A stretch of 64,000 nucleotides of DNA from Penicillus capitatus. Its lineage: Eukaryota > Plantae > Chlorophyta. The stretch covers positions 831,635 through 895,634 of the forward strand of contig OZ287697.1 in the NCBI GenBank assembly GCA_965649825.1, in the 5' to 3' direction. Below are positions 1 through 11,887 of this stretch, in pieces (positions within the stretch are counted from its first letter, which is position 1; every line of letters begins with the position of its first letter). The notes under the pieces were generated by a model. The model was not told where the DNA came from. It searched no databases and saw only the letters and a list, made by a program, of their open reading frames with translations. The position numbers and the translations under genes were made by a program.

Positions 1-449
1 TCATCGAGTTCGCCCCGTTCAGCGCAAACGAACGGATGAGCACGAACACTTCAGCCAAGCGCGTTTGCATGGCTGCCAAATCAGATCTGCCGGGAGGAGG
101 ACCGCATGCGTCCAGTCAGACGGCGCGATCGAACCTCGCTCGGTAAGAGGTGTGGATTCTCTGCAGAATTGGACGTCGCTATACAAATCCCACACTCATC
201 TAATATTCGAGTACGGCAGACCACTTGTTTTCGTACACGAACAACCAGAAGCAGCAATGCGGTGTGGTTTATTCGCCTTATTTTCTAGATGAGAGCCTTG
301 CAGGATTCAATGGTTCGGATGAAGAGGGGAGAGCTCGATAGAGTGTTCACATGTTGCAGCACGTGTTCCGTTGAAAGTGAGCGTTTCCCGGAGCTTTGCA
401 CACAAAAGCGAGAACCGATACTTGGCACATGCAAACGCGACTCTGTGGA

Positions 450-1325
450 ACATACACTCTCTTGTCAACATTTCGCAGTATCTCCAGTTCTACTATAATA
501 GCTTCTAACTCGAATCTCCCTAGAAAGAAAGGCAGAGCAGCGGACAGTCTATTTTGCCGATCAGCGGGACCGCAACGAGAAGTTCTTTCGGTACAACGCT
601 AGCGAATCGTTGTTCGGTTAGAATGACGCCGCATAGAAACGTGGTGGAGCCCACCAAGTGCGATGGACTGTCTACTATGTTGAGATAACCCAAATCGCGT
701 TTGAAGGGCCTGCGGTCTGTGTGCACGGAGAGCGCGACGACGAGGACGGCGGCGATGAGAAGGCTTGGAAATCGCCTCCGAGTCTGTAAGCAAACACGGC
801 AAAGGCAGAAACTAGAGCACTCCTGGCAAGAACCAGACAGTCCAAGTATGCATACTCTTCTTCAGAGGTCGACAACAAGAAACTCATTGTTTCCTGAGTC
901 CAGGAGGAGTGAAGACTGTCGTGTCTCCTGCTCCGCATCAATGAGGCTGCCAAGATCGCCGGAAATCCGTCGAGAACGGAAGCAGCGATAGAGACGCTGT
1001 CGATTGCAAGGCATGTAGCTGCCTTCATAGCAGTTGAGTGGCGTGTCCGGTGCCCAATATTCATACGTGGTTTCCATGTCTTCCAGTCCCTGTCCGACTG
1101 CATCTCCTTCGGGAGTGGATAAGCAGAAATGTCAAGTGCAATCGTCTCAGGCAACAAGACAATGACGATCTGGTGCCCATTCTTACAAAGTGCGTCTGAT
1201 GTTTTTGACAGAAAGCAGTCTAGTACAAACGAATGCCGACATAACATCGGCACCTTCCATTGAACATATCGAGCAGTAGTACATGTAAAGCTGCTTGTCT
1301 CCTTAGACAAAATGATATGGGACAC
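450..1325 (-). pseudogene. Decayed C-terminal multi-TM region of a paralog of the 4627-9909 surface protein
   Basis: ORF 675-1325 contains TQETMSFLLSTSEEEYAYLDCLVLARSALVSAFAVFAYRLGGDFQ, matching TRETMGFLFFVFEDKVVYWDCLILLRKALLSIIAVFAYRLGGNLQ of the intact gene. After a frameshift near 770, ORF 520-726 (RPFKRDLGYLN..TTFLCGVILTEQRF) matches NPFKAELRNLN..FTFLCGLVLNDSRF. Confidence 0.8.
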
Positions 1326-1721
1326 AGTTTATACATTCAAAAGTAGGCGGACGGGCCGCCGATTCCTTGCACGATCCGCAGAGTACGCCAGCTTGTCATC
1401 TTGCTGACTTGACTGGTACCTATGGACGGACTCTTTGCTAATTGGAAGAAAACCTTCCCGTCTGCGGCTTTTCATGCCATCGATCACGTTTAGTCAAATC
1501 ACATGTTTCATCAAAGACGCAGCGAAGGACATTTAAAACGCTCAAGTCCACAAAACGTTCGTAGGGAAAATAAAGATGTTCCACAATGATTGGCAACGAT
1601 TTGCTAGAGAGATCAGGAGCTACTTACTGTAAGATGACTTGGATTTACGGCATGGCAAATTGACGGAGAAGAAGAAGTGGGCAATGCAGAATAACAGGGT
1701 CATTGTCTAACGAAGTATATC

Positions 1722-1778
1722 CCAGATGGGCGTCACATGATAGGACAGGATCTGTTCGGTCATGTGGCGCCCATCTGG
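1722..1778. other. 19-bp stem hairpin at the end of B1
   Basis: CCAGATGGGCGTCACATGA (1722-1740) pairs with TCATGTGGCGCCCATCTGG (1760-1778) with one T-G pair. The 19-nt loop holds an inner ACAG/CTGT stem. Identical at 56270-56326. Confidence 0.85.
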
Positions 1779-3088
1779 CTTATAGATCGCCAGACAAAAA
1801 TTAGGGTGCCCTCGAAACCGAAACCGGTTACCGAGGGACCTGAGTGAAGAAGGAAGGAGATCTCAAAAATTGAGGAGCGGTGGCCATTACCACAAGAAGC
1901 CTGTCGAACAGGCAGCCCATCGGCCGATATCCTGCGGATCTGCGAGGTCCGAGGTGCGAGACAGCGGAAGGAATGAAGGGAGCACACTACTGGGCCCGCC
2001 GGAGGAATTCCGTCCGTAGACGCAACACCTAGAAGTAAACACATGGGCGAGGCGGAGGGCTTACTGTTCGGCGTCCTAGCGGACGCTCTTAGTAGTCCCT
2101 GTCCGTCACTTCGAAAGCGTACGACGGACCACGGCTTCGTGTCTCCCTGGGCGGCGATTTCCCGTCTTCGTCTCCCGCACCACGAGTCCACAGTGTCGCG
2201 TCAATGGACTGCACACACGCACACTCCCAGAACCTGCCTTCCCCATCGCATTCGGTGTCTTCTCAGGGGGGACCTGCACACGATCTACATGTCATTTAAG
2301 TTCGGCGAAGCCCTTAGCTGTACCACGTGTCTGAATTTCTCTTCGACTTTGGCCATCGTGCCTTTCCGTTCAGATCATCGATCACCCTGTGATGCAAGGT
2401 GCACGTTAACATCATCGTAACTTAAAGAAGACCTTACCGTCTGGAGTTGTGCAATCGGACCTCGATTCGATCATTTCCATTCTTTATTTTCATCTGAAAC
2501 GTTCAGTCGTTCTGTCGAGCACACGCACGTCATTAACAGAGCGCATCGGAAAAGAGTATCACGTTGATATTGCCATATCCGAGGTCTTGGCCTCTTCTCT
2601 CATTTGTCCGTCCCCGCTGTCGCATCGTCCCCTAAGGCTTCCAAAAGGGTTTAGGCGCTGTCTTACTGCAGACGGGAGGTTACCTTCGGCAAAGATGTCC
2701 TTCAGCTTCGGCGGGTATTTCGTTTTACTCTCTCAGCTTCTCTTCCGTTGGCAGCTTTTCGGAGCGCGTCTGGACTGACCTGCTGTTTGCATTCGTCGTC
2801 GGAATTTGTAACATTCGAGGACGAACCTTTAATTTGTCGGAGACTGCGGAGAACCGGCGTCCGTCGAACACCCACGAAAGGAAACACTGCGTTGGCAGGG
2901 ACGCCAGGTTAGCACAGCGACGAAGGGAAAAGCGAACCGTACCCGAAGAATGTTGTCGTCGGGAGTAGTGTCTGACTCCGCACTCCGAAAACCTACACAT
3001 AAACGGAAAACAGAAAATGCGGAATTAGGTATGGAGTTGAGCGTTTTGTAGTCGAGGTGACGTCTGGAACAAATTCGATCCCTCTCTC

Positions 3089-3133
3089 GGCCAATCAGAA
3101 CGCTCCATTTTCCCCCACGACAGTCTGACGTCA
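3089..3133 (-). promoter_or_regulatory. CCAAT box plus CRE-like palindrome at the other end of B1
   Basis: GGCCAATCAG at 3089-3098 and TGACGTCA at 3126-3133. CTGATTGGC is also kept in B2 (~54752-54760). Function is inferred. Confidence 0.4.
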
Positions 3134-4626
3134 GCCGAGTCGAGTCGAACGTCACTTCACTTCACGAGCACAACCTGCAACGTCGATCACTGCCCAGTTC
3201 ATCATTGCACTTCACCCACCGCTTTTGTTGGACCTCGGATATCTTATTCCTGGTTTCTTTTTCTTGGAGAGTTGTTAAACACCACCTTGTGTAGATAAAC
3301 AGTTTCTCGCTTTTAGCATTTGTCGGCTTGTCTTGCAGCTCTTCAGTTTCGCTATGTTTGTTTTCGTCTCTCACTCGACGATTATCGCGCCTTGCCATGA
3401 CCAAAAACAGAATTCAACTGTGATCTCATCGACCCGCACCAGTCCTCATCTACGGAGTCTTCTGTGCACCTTCAACGACGAATAGACTGTTTTCCACGGT
3501 AGTTGATCTGTGTACTGAAGTTAGTAGACGACCACCAATAAGTTAACAACACTAAGAAATTGTATTTCGACTTCTTGGCTGAGACATCAAAAGAAAAGTT
3601 CGATCAATCCCTGTCTGTGGCATCTTGACTTGAAAATAAGCTGACCTTTGTTTGTGAACCGGGTAACGAGCGAGTGACGGAATCCTGACTTGCCGAGATC
3701 AAGGTCGAAGGCGTCTAGGGTTCCAATTAAGTTGGTTTTCTCATGAAGTCGAACACGGAGAGAAAAGGAAAGACGAGATGATCGAATTTGCCACAGAACA
3801 GCGCCTAGTGCGATCTCTATAAATGCATCGACATTAAGATCTCCCATCGACAACATCGATAACGTTTGCAAACAAACCTACGAAGATGAAACACACACAC
3901 GCTCCACCGAGATCGAGCTGACCGATTCTGTCAGAAAGGTCAAGCACACCTGTTGATATAAAAAGCTTCAGAGGTTTCTTCGGAGACTGCACTCTCTCTA
4001 TGAATCAAAGTTGAAAACACTCGACGGTGGATGTCGGACGCGCCGCCAGAGTGGCCACTGAAGTCTAGTAGATGGTTGCTCGCCAGTGTCCAAGCATAAC
4101 AAACAACACACCCATACGCCGTCACACTCAGCTCGGTTTGGATCTTTCACGTCAAACATAACAGAACCCGACGGCCAAATTCACCACAGAAATGTTGTCT
4201 CTCAGTTACAGTCGAGAATCCATCTCTTCAGTAGTTTTGCTTTCTAGATGCTTACGTGGATCATTTCTCTTCAGGCAGTCATGAAACGATCGCACGTCGT
4301 GTCTGCGTAAAGTAGATAGATCGACAGAGTGTTTCGCGACCCTAACTTCCCCGAAGCGGCGTTTGTACATTCATCCATCAGCACGCTTCGCATTGACTGC
4401 GACACTCACTTGTTCCTAACTCCGTTTACGTTATCAATATCTCCACCTCGAAAACTCTGTTCCATTTTGTTCCATTCTGCTGCAAAGTGTAATTATTTTC
4501 AAACGTGTTGCCACACATCCACCCGTGTCGGAACACTTACTTCGAGACGTTGTTTGGGAAGACAGACACTCCCGTTAGACTGCAGACTGCGATACGGAAT
4601 CCTCTCTCGTTATTCAAAGACCGCCA

Positions 4627-7600
4627 ATGCTCAGTTTAAGGCAAGAGCGATATGCGAAAAGCACCTTCCTCCTGTGGTGCATTGTGTCGACGGTCGCTGG
4701 TCAGACTGCAAGTCATTGTAAGCCACTTACCCACTACACGGCGATTCTCGTCTCTCGGCACGACTGTCCGTTATTCAACAGACAATCCGTTTCTCAGCGC
4801 ATGCTGCCATCGCCATTCTCAGTGCCATTCCTCGTCAAATGACTTGCATCGTTCAACATCAAGCTGCACCTGTGCTTTGTAGCGCCTGCGTGTGAGCTGA
4901 CGACAGAGGAAAAAGAAAGAATCCGCCTTCAAGACAATGAGACGTGGCATATCACAGAGCGCGTTTTTGAAGACCACGGAGTTCAGAAGATTATTAACTG
5001 TGCCGAAGACGGAGACATTCTCCGGGTAGACGCATCACTGAGAATTCAACCCAACCATCAAATCGTCATCCACCGAGATCTGACAATCGACAGCGCTCCG
5101 GCATCCAACGATAGTATCGCAGTGGAAGGAGCTAAATTCAACTGTCCTTCGCAAGAAGGCCTGTTCCTTGTGATGTGAGTCATTGCCTCTTGATCGTTTG
5201 ACTCAGGACATCTGCATTTGCAGGGAATGCAGCTTCACTCTGAAGAATGTTGTCATCGAAGACTGCATTTTGTCGCAGGAGCATGCAGTGGCAGGAATCA
5301 TCGAAACGGATCAATGTCGGCGAAGGAGTCAATCGCGAGAGCCGATTGGACAACGCATTCGACTGTCCAATGTCATATTCCGGCGGAACAGAAATGAAGG
5401 AGGAGCCGTCGGCATCTTTGTGCAGAACCCACGGTGTCACACGGACGTTCGGCTGAAGGCTGTCACGTTCGAGCAAAACAGGTATGCAAATGCATCCATT
5501 CTGGCCAGAGAAAACTCTCTGCGGAACGTTCGAGTCGTCGAAAACGAATCTGTTCGAGCTACTGCACCAGAAACGTTTTTCTTCTCTTTTCCAGAAAGCT
5601 CCTCTTCTCTTATCGTAAATCTAACCGCTGTGGATAATCGGAATGCGAGCGTCGTGTATGTCGAACATGGAAACGTGGACATCCGTGGGTCTCGTTTCGT
5701 GGGCAACGTGGGAAATGGGCAGGGCGTTATCGGTGTGAAGTCATCTTCGTTAATTGCCACCAATTCCAGTTTTCAACGAAATTTTTGCCGGTGCAATGGT
5801 TCGGCCGTTTCTTTGCTGCGTCCGTCTTCTGCTGACTTTTCTTTCTGTGAATTCTCCCACAATCGAGCGATAGGTTTGGGAGGGAGCGTCCACAGTCGTA
5901 ACGCGCACGACATCAATTTCACGTCTTGTCTTTTCGAGCATAACGCTGCCGTTGACAGTGGCAAAGGTGGAGCCGTCTATCTTGAAGGAGATACCGTTCA
6001 TGCAAGGCCACATGAAAATGACGCCCGAAGAATCGTTTTCGCCAACAGCACCTTCGTTGAGAATGCGGCTGACGAGGGTGGGGCAATTGCCCTATGGGGT
6101 GGCGAAGGCGAGATCCTGTTTGAGTCGTGTAACATGTCGAAGAACGGTGGACCGTGGCGTGGCTACGCCGATCCAAGTGACAAGGGTGGCGGCGCCGTAC
6201 TTATCTATCGAAGTCACATTCGGAGATTCCTTGCAGCGGCATGCAGATTTGATTCGAACACTGGCAAACGAGGAGGCGGCATCTCATTTGTCGAGACTGA
6301 AGGAGATTTCGTGATACTGGATTCTCACTTTGTCGAAAACCGTGTATCGTCAGAGGGAGCGGCCGTGTCATTAAACACGCCACGTCAGTTCGTAGATGCA
6401 TATAGCGAGACAGCAAAGGCCATTCTCTCTACAAGACGATGTGTGTTCGTCAGAAACCAGGGCATCACTCTTGGCGGGGCTGTGTATGTGTCTGGAGCAG
6501 AATCTGTAGCCGAGCTGAACAACAGTCGTTTTCTAAAGAACAACGGGAACAAAGGAGGAGCGGTCGTCGCAGAGATTGCTCGTCAGTTAATCATTGAGAA
6601 CAGTGAATTCGAAAGCAATACTGCTAGACATGAGGGTGGTGCTATCTTCATCGAGACCACAGATGCTGTGATCGGAGGAAGCATCTTTATCGAAAATAAA
6701 GGCCAGTTCGGAGGCGCTGTGGCTGCAGGGGCAGTTGCTCCTGCCGAAGCCGCAAATCTGACGATACGCACGGATCTTTTTATGAGTGACAATCAGTTTT
6801 CTGGAAACGAGGCGGAAGGCAGAGGCGGTGCGTTGAACATTGACTATGAGTCATCTTCGACGGCACATGCGATGCATGAGGTTAACCTTCACAGATCCTC
6901 TCTTGTTGGAAACCGAGCGGGAAGCGCTGGCGGAGCTGTTCATGCCCACATGGATGGGCTCTTTTCAATGAGCGAGTCTACATTCGAAAAGAATCGTGCG
7001 AGATTCGGCGGTGGTCTTTCGTTGTTCTGTGGCGCAAAAGATGTGCCGTGGCGTCGACGAAATGAAGGACAGTGGCTCATTAATCGATCGTCCTTCCGTG
7101 AGAACAGTGCATCCATAGGAGGTAACATCTGACGTCGCAATGAATCCGAGGACGATCTCTGCCTGCAGGGGCCGTATCCTTGTTGAACGCGTACGTTTCC
7201 GATGATGACCGCCAAGATGATGGCGACACATCCGATGCAGAAGACAGCATCTTTGAAGATACGCGCCCCCCGGATTCTGTGATTTCGTTCGATGACACTG
7301 TCATCTTCGAGAACAAAGCTGAATTGGCCGCTGGCGGTGTGTTTGTCGAGGATGCTTCGTTACTGAAGATCGATGACCGAGACGTGGCAGATTTGCAGCG
7401 AGAGCTCGATTGCCGTGTACCGGGTCAATCTCGCAGCACCCAAATGAAGAACGTATGGAACAACACCATTGCTCGTGGCGGCCAAGAGAATCTGGCTGGT
7501 CCATCGAAGGGCTTCTGTGTCACCGTTCTTGAAAACGCCATGTCGGTTGAAACGATATCGAACGGTGGACATTACGAGATGAGCGCGTGGAAGAGTGGAG

Positions 7601-9909
7601 ATGCGTTCCCGGCCTTTCGCATCGTGATGCAAGACGGATTCGGCAACAAGTTTTCCCCGACAAATTCATCGCAGATATCTGTGGTCAGATCGACTGCCCG
7701 ACCGGATGAAGCATACAACACCTCAGTGCCAGCCACGTTGATGTCCAAGGTCGACAAAGATTTCCCCGATGCGTTCATTCAGGAGACGGCGCAAGAGGAT
7801 GTGTCCTCTGGAAGTGCCGTTATCGCACTTGGCAATCGGTATGCAAAACCCGGAGACTATCAGCTGTCGATCGAGGTCAAGGGATTCGAGTTGTCTGCGG
7901 TCACCATTCTCGTCGAAGTCCGCGGTTGCAGGATCAATGAGAAGTCGGATCCCGATGAAATGGTTTGCAGATCCTGCGGTCGGAAGGAGTACAATTTTCA
8001 TCCGGAAGATCTGAACAGCATCTGCGCTGACTGTCCAGAAAACGCTGACTGCAGTACACGCTTCATCCTCCCACAGGCTGATCACTGGAATCCGTTTCCC
8101 TGCTCAGATCACGTCAAACGCTGCATCCAACGCAAGGCATGCAACCAGGGAGATACCTCGGCTCTGGGCGACCTGACGAGAAAGCAGATGTCGTGTGAAT
8201 TTGATGAAGATTATCTGTTGGAGTATCAATCCAGTCAGTGCGCTGATGGACATCAAGGGGTGCTCTGTGGAGCATGCGAGAATTCCACTGTCAGAGGGAC
8301 CCAATCTGAATGCGTTGAATGCATTCCGACACCAGCGGCCGCCGTCGCTCTTGCCGGTATACTGACTATGCAGGTGATCTTGGCTCTCTTGCAAATCAAC
8401 GAGACGCTTAGCTCTGACAACCGAAATGAACATGTCGGAGGCCGTTCTCCAAAGCAAGGACGCAGAACCAGGAGAACACTACATCCCCTTGGAAGATACG
8501 AATCTGTCCACGGCGAACAGGAGACGGAAGAAACGCCGACAAGTGTTGCCACAAACCTCGAGGAGACACATCGGTCTATGGCCGACGAGATCACGAAAGC
8601 CAAATGGAGTTTTCTGGCCACCCTGAAAGTGCGTTTTCCAACATCCGACAGAGCTCTCCGTACGAGAATGCTGTATAGATCACGATTAATTTTGTACAAA
8701 CTTTGGCTGTCGCTTCTCTGTTGGACGTGGATTGGGACATACCCGCTCTGTCATTAATTTGGATGTGGGGTAAGTCCTCTGCAGCTCATGTACTTTTCGA
8801 ACGAGCTCTGGCTTCCAGATTCCGTCGGCAGCGCTGCCGCTTTCACATCTTCTCCGCTGATCGACTGTCTATTGTCAACGGAGACGAGAATGCCACGGAC
8901 AATCAGGCGACAGATCATCCTGACTTTGATACCTTTATGCATCGCGCTGCTCATTTCTCTGTTTGCCCTCTTGCGCATGCTGAAGAAGAAACAGCAATGG
9001 AATCTGCTTGCGCGAAGAGTTGTTCTCATCTTCATCGTTGTCTCCTACAACTCTTATCTCGCGTTAGTGAAGTTGGCGGTCGATATTCTCAACTGTGTAT
9101 CTGTTCACGACGGCACCAGTCTCGGAGAAGCAGACATCACGCACCGTTACTTGGTGCTTGACACATCCATCGAGTGCTACAGAGGCAGTCACCTCCTCTT
9201 GGCCATAATTGTCTCTGTCCCTCTGTTGTTGTTTGTGTTCGGATTTCCAGTCGCCCTTGCTGTGGCTTTGCTGGGCAGCAGCAAGAAAGGCAATTTGGCG
9301 ACAACATGGACTCGTGAGACGATGGGATTTCTGTTCTTTGTATTTGAAGACAAGGTTGTTTATTGGGACTGTCTGATTCTCCTCAGAAAGGCTTTGCTTT
9401 CCATCATTGCCGTTTTCGCATACAGACTTGGAGGCAATCTCCAAGGTCTCCTTGCTCTCACAGTCCTCGTATCATCGCTTTTTCTGCAGATGCAGACAAA
9501 TCCTTTCAAAGCGGAGTTGAGGAATCTAAACGCCTATGAGAACGTGGCGCTTTTGGCTAGTTCATTTACCTTTCTGTGTGGACTCGTGCTTAACGACTCG
9601 AGGTTTTCCAATCCAATCTTCAGGGGAAGTTTGCTTGTGCTATTGTTCCTTTGCAACACTCTTCTACTTGCCTTCTTTGTCTATGCTCTGCTGAGACAAA
9701 AACTGCAGCAAATCAGAATGGAGCTGAATGCTGCAGGGGTGCATTGTGACGGCGAAAAACTCCACCAGATAACCTTAGCCTACGTGAGATACCAGTTGGA
9801 GCGACTCCGGCAAATAATCAAACCAGTCTTTTCACCTCAAGATGTTGAATCTTCCATCGGAACAGGAAACGTTGACTCTCAAAGAACCGTTGAACTCGGC
9901 AATGTTTGA
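4627..9909 (+). CDS. Large surface/membrane protein: signal peptide, parallel beta-helix (GGA[I/V] POMP-like) repeats, Cys-rich segment, ~9 TM helices
   Basis: Modelled introns at ~4718-4882, ~5175-5222, 7122-7168, ~8630-8678 and 8770-8818 join ORFs 5183-7132, 7180-8757 and 8788-9909. Repeated N.A..GGAV/I motifs, a CxxC/CADCPENADC segment and hydrophobic C-terminal helices. Confidence 0.85.
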
Positions 9910-10450
9910 GCTTTTATGTCCGTCTCCTGTCAGGGTTTCATTGGTTGCATCTGAACGCTGGCTTGCACATTTAGCGGGTATGGGATAAGGGGATAGATGC
10001 GTTCCTTGGCAAACAGGCATCTATGCAAGAATTGTTCGTTCTGCATTTGCTTGTATCCCTTTCAAACGATACTTCTCAAATGACACGGCTTTTGGTTTTA
10101 TCTGGAGATCAGATAACAATGCATCTTCTTTAGATGCCGTACCTTCGCAAAAGAAATCCACTATTATTGCGCCCAGAATCTGGAATGTATGGTCAAGCAC
10201 AGCGCGACGCAATGACGTCGTGCGCATCGTTGTGTTCTGTTTGTTCATTCGCTTCACCACGTTGCGGTTGTTTCATTTTACAACGACGGATAATAATCTC
10301 CAATAACGTGGCTCTGAACTCTCCGACGGTTTCTGCATTATTAATCCATAAGAGCCAACCATTCCCTGTCTTAAATCGTTTCCTACCTTTCGCTTTAAAA
10401 GCAACAGCTGTGACGGTGCCGTTCCTGCAGTACGTTCAAACTCCACGCCA

Positions 10451-11887
10451 ATGAAGCACGTGTTCGTTATCTTCTTGAATCTACTACTTGTGCTCGTACC
10501 TTCAACTTTCGGACACAACCCTAATGATGAACCGCTTTTATCAGCATCGTTCCCTAGACACTCGCACAAGTGACAGCAGCGTCGTCTGACGAACACATAC
10601 GTAGCGGGTTTGCTGTGCAGGCCTCTGTTGAGACGACCAGACGGCACCCGTTTCAAAACCGTCCTTTCCATAGATGCAGGTGGCATTCGCGGAATCTTTG
10701 CTGCCGTCGTCCTCGCCGAGGTCGAGCAATCCATTAAGAGATACCTCCTACGCAACCCGCACTTATTCCCAGCAGACGCGAACATCACAGACGTCGACGA
10801 CTTTGATATCGACCTGGTCGATTACTTCGACTGCATGACTGGGTCATCGACCGGCGCCTGGATCTCGTTTCTCTTGGGCTCTCGTGGCGGAAAAGGTGCT
10901 TTTCGCGCTTTTCTAGATAAACCCGAAATCGTGGAGAAGTACGGAGTCGTTCGAGCATCCAGTGCCGAAGCGCTTCGCGTGTTCTACAACGAACTCAGCT
11001 CTGTGATCTATCCTGCCGACGCCATCGACATTAACGCCGGAGTGCCGTTTGATCTATCGAATCCAGCAGCACCTGGAGTCTCGGCCCCGTTGTTTCCAGT
11101 AGAAGGACTACAGGCAGCGCTCGAAACGGCACTGGGCGATGCCACGTTGGACGACTTGGACACATCCGTGATCTGCCCGACTATCGATCTCGCCAGTGGA
11201 CGCGTTGTCTTCTTCGTCCGCAACGCCTTTCGAGATCCGCCGGTCAGTTCTTCGGCTGTTCTCTTTTCCAGAGACGCTCCCCGTCCGCCGACAAACGGCG
11301 GCTCTATCCTGCCGGACTTAATCTTCAATGAAGGCGCCAACTATTTCCTCAAAGATGTTGGGACTGCCGCGGGCACTTTTCCGGTGTTCTCGCGGGCCGT
11401 GGAGGTTGGACGCGTCGACAGCAACAACACTGCCGAGTTCTTGTTGGCGGATGGAACTGGAGTGATCGAGAGTCCAGTCGTCGCTGGGACGTTCTTCGTT
11501 GCAAGCGAGAGCGGGGTGTTCGACATCGAGAAGATCGCTGTCTTAACAATCGGTCATGGCTTGACGACCCGAGATTTCACCGCTCTGGCCAATGCTGGAG
11601 CTTTGGGTTGGGTCCCAGACTTTTCGCTCGCTACTTTATATTTCGCAGGTGGCCAAGAAAGTAGCAACTCGCTGTTAGACTATCTTTATTATTCCAACCC
11701 AAATGTCCGACCAAACCAATTTCTCAGAGTTCAGAGATCGGCTCCGATCACAACAGAAGAAGGAATGGTCTACGCTCAGTTCACCGAGGCATCGCTGGTT
11801 GGATTCGTCGAGCAAATCGGGCTCCAAGTTGCACAAGAGTTTCGCACATCCATCGATACATTTGTGAATGATTTTATTTTTGGCTAA
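10451..11887 (+). CDS. Secreted patatin-like phospholipase
   Basis: ATG 10451 gives signal peptide MKHVFVIFLNLLLVLVPSTFG. A 51-nt GT-AG intron (10570-10620) removes an in-frame TGA. Motifs DAGGIRG, GSSTG (nucleophile) and LADGTG (catalytic Asp). Confidence 0.9.

Larger units (their letters stand above)
1711..3185 (-). repeat. Repeat family B, copy B1 (~1.45 kb, unclassified, only degenerate ORFs)
   Basis: Colinear, roughly 90% similar by eye, with 56259-57722 in the same orientation. A more diverged, deleted, inverted copy lies at 54690-55650. Confidence 0.9.

Noticed and set aside
3162-4300. Short minus-strand ORFs next to B1
   Set aside because: No recognisable family and no second copy in the window.
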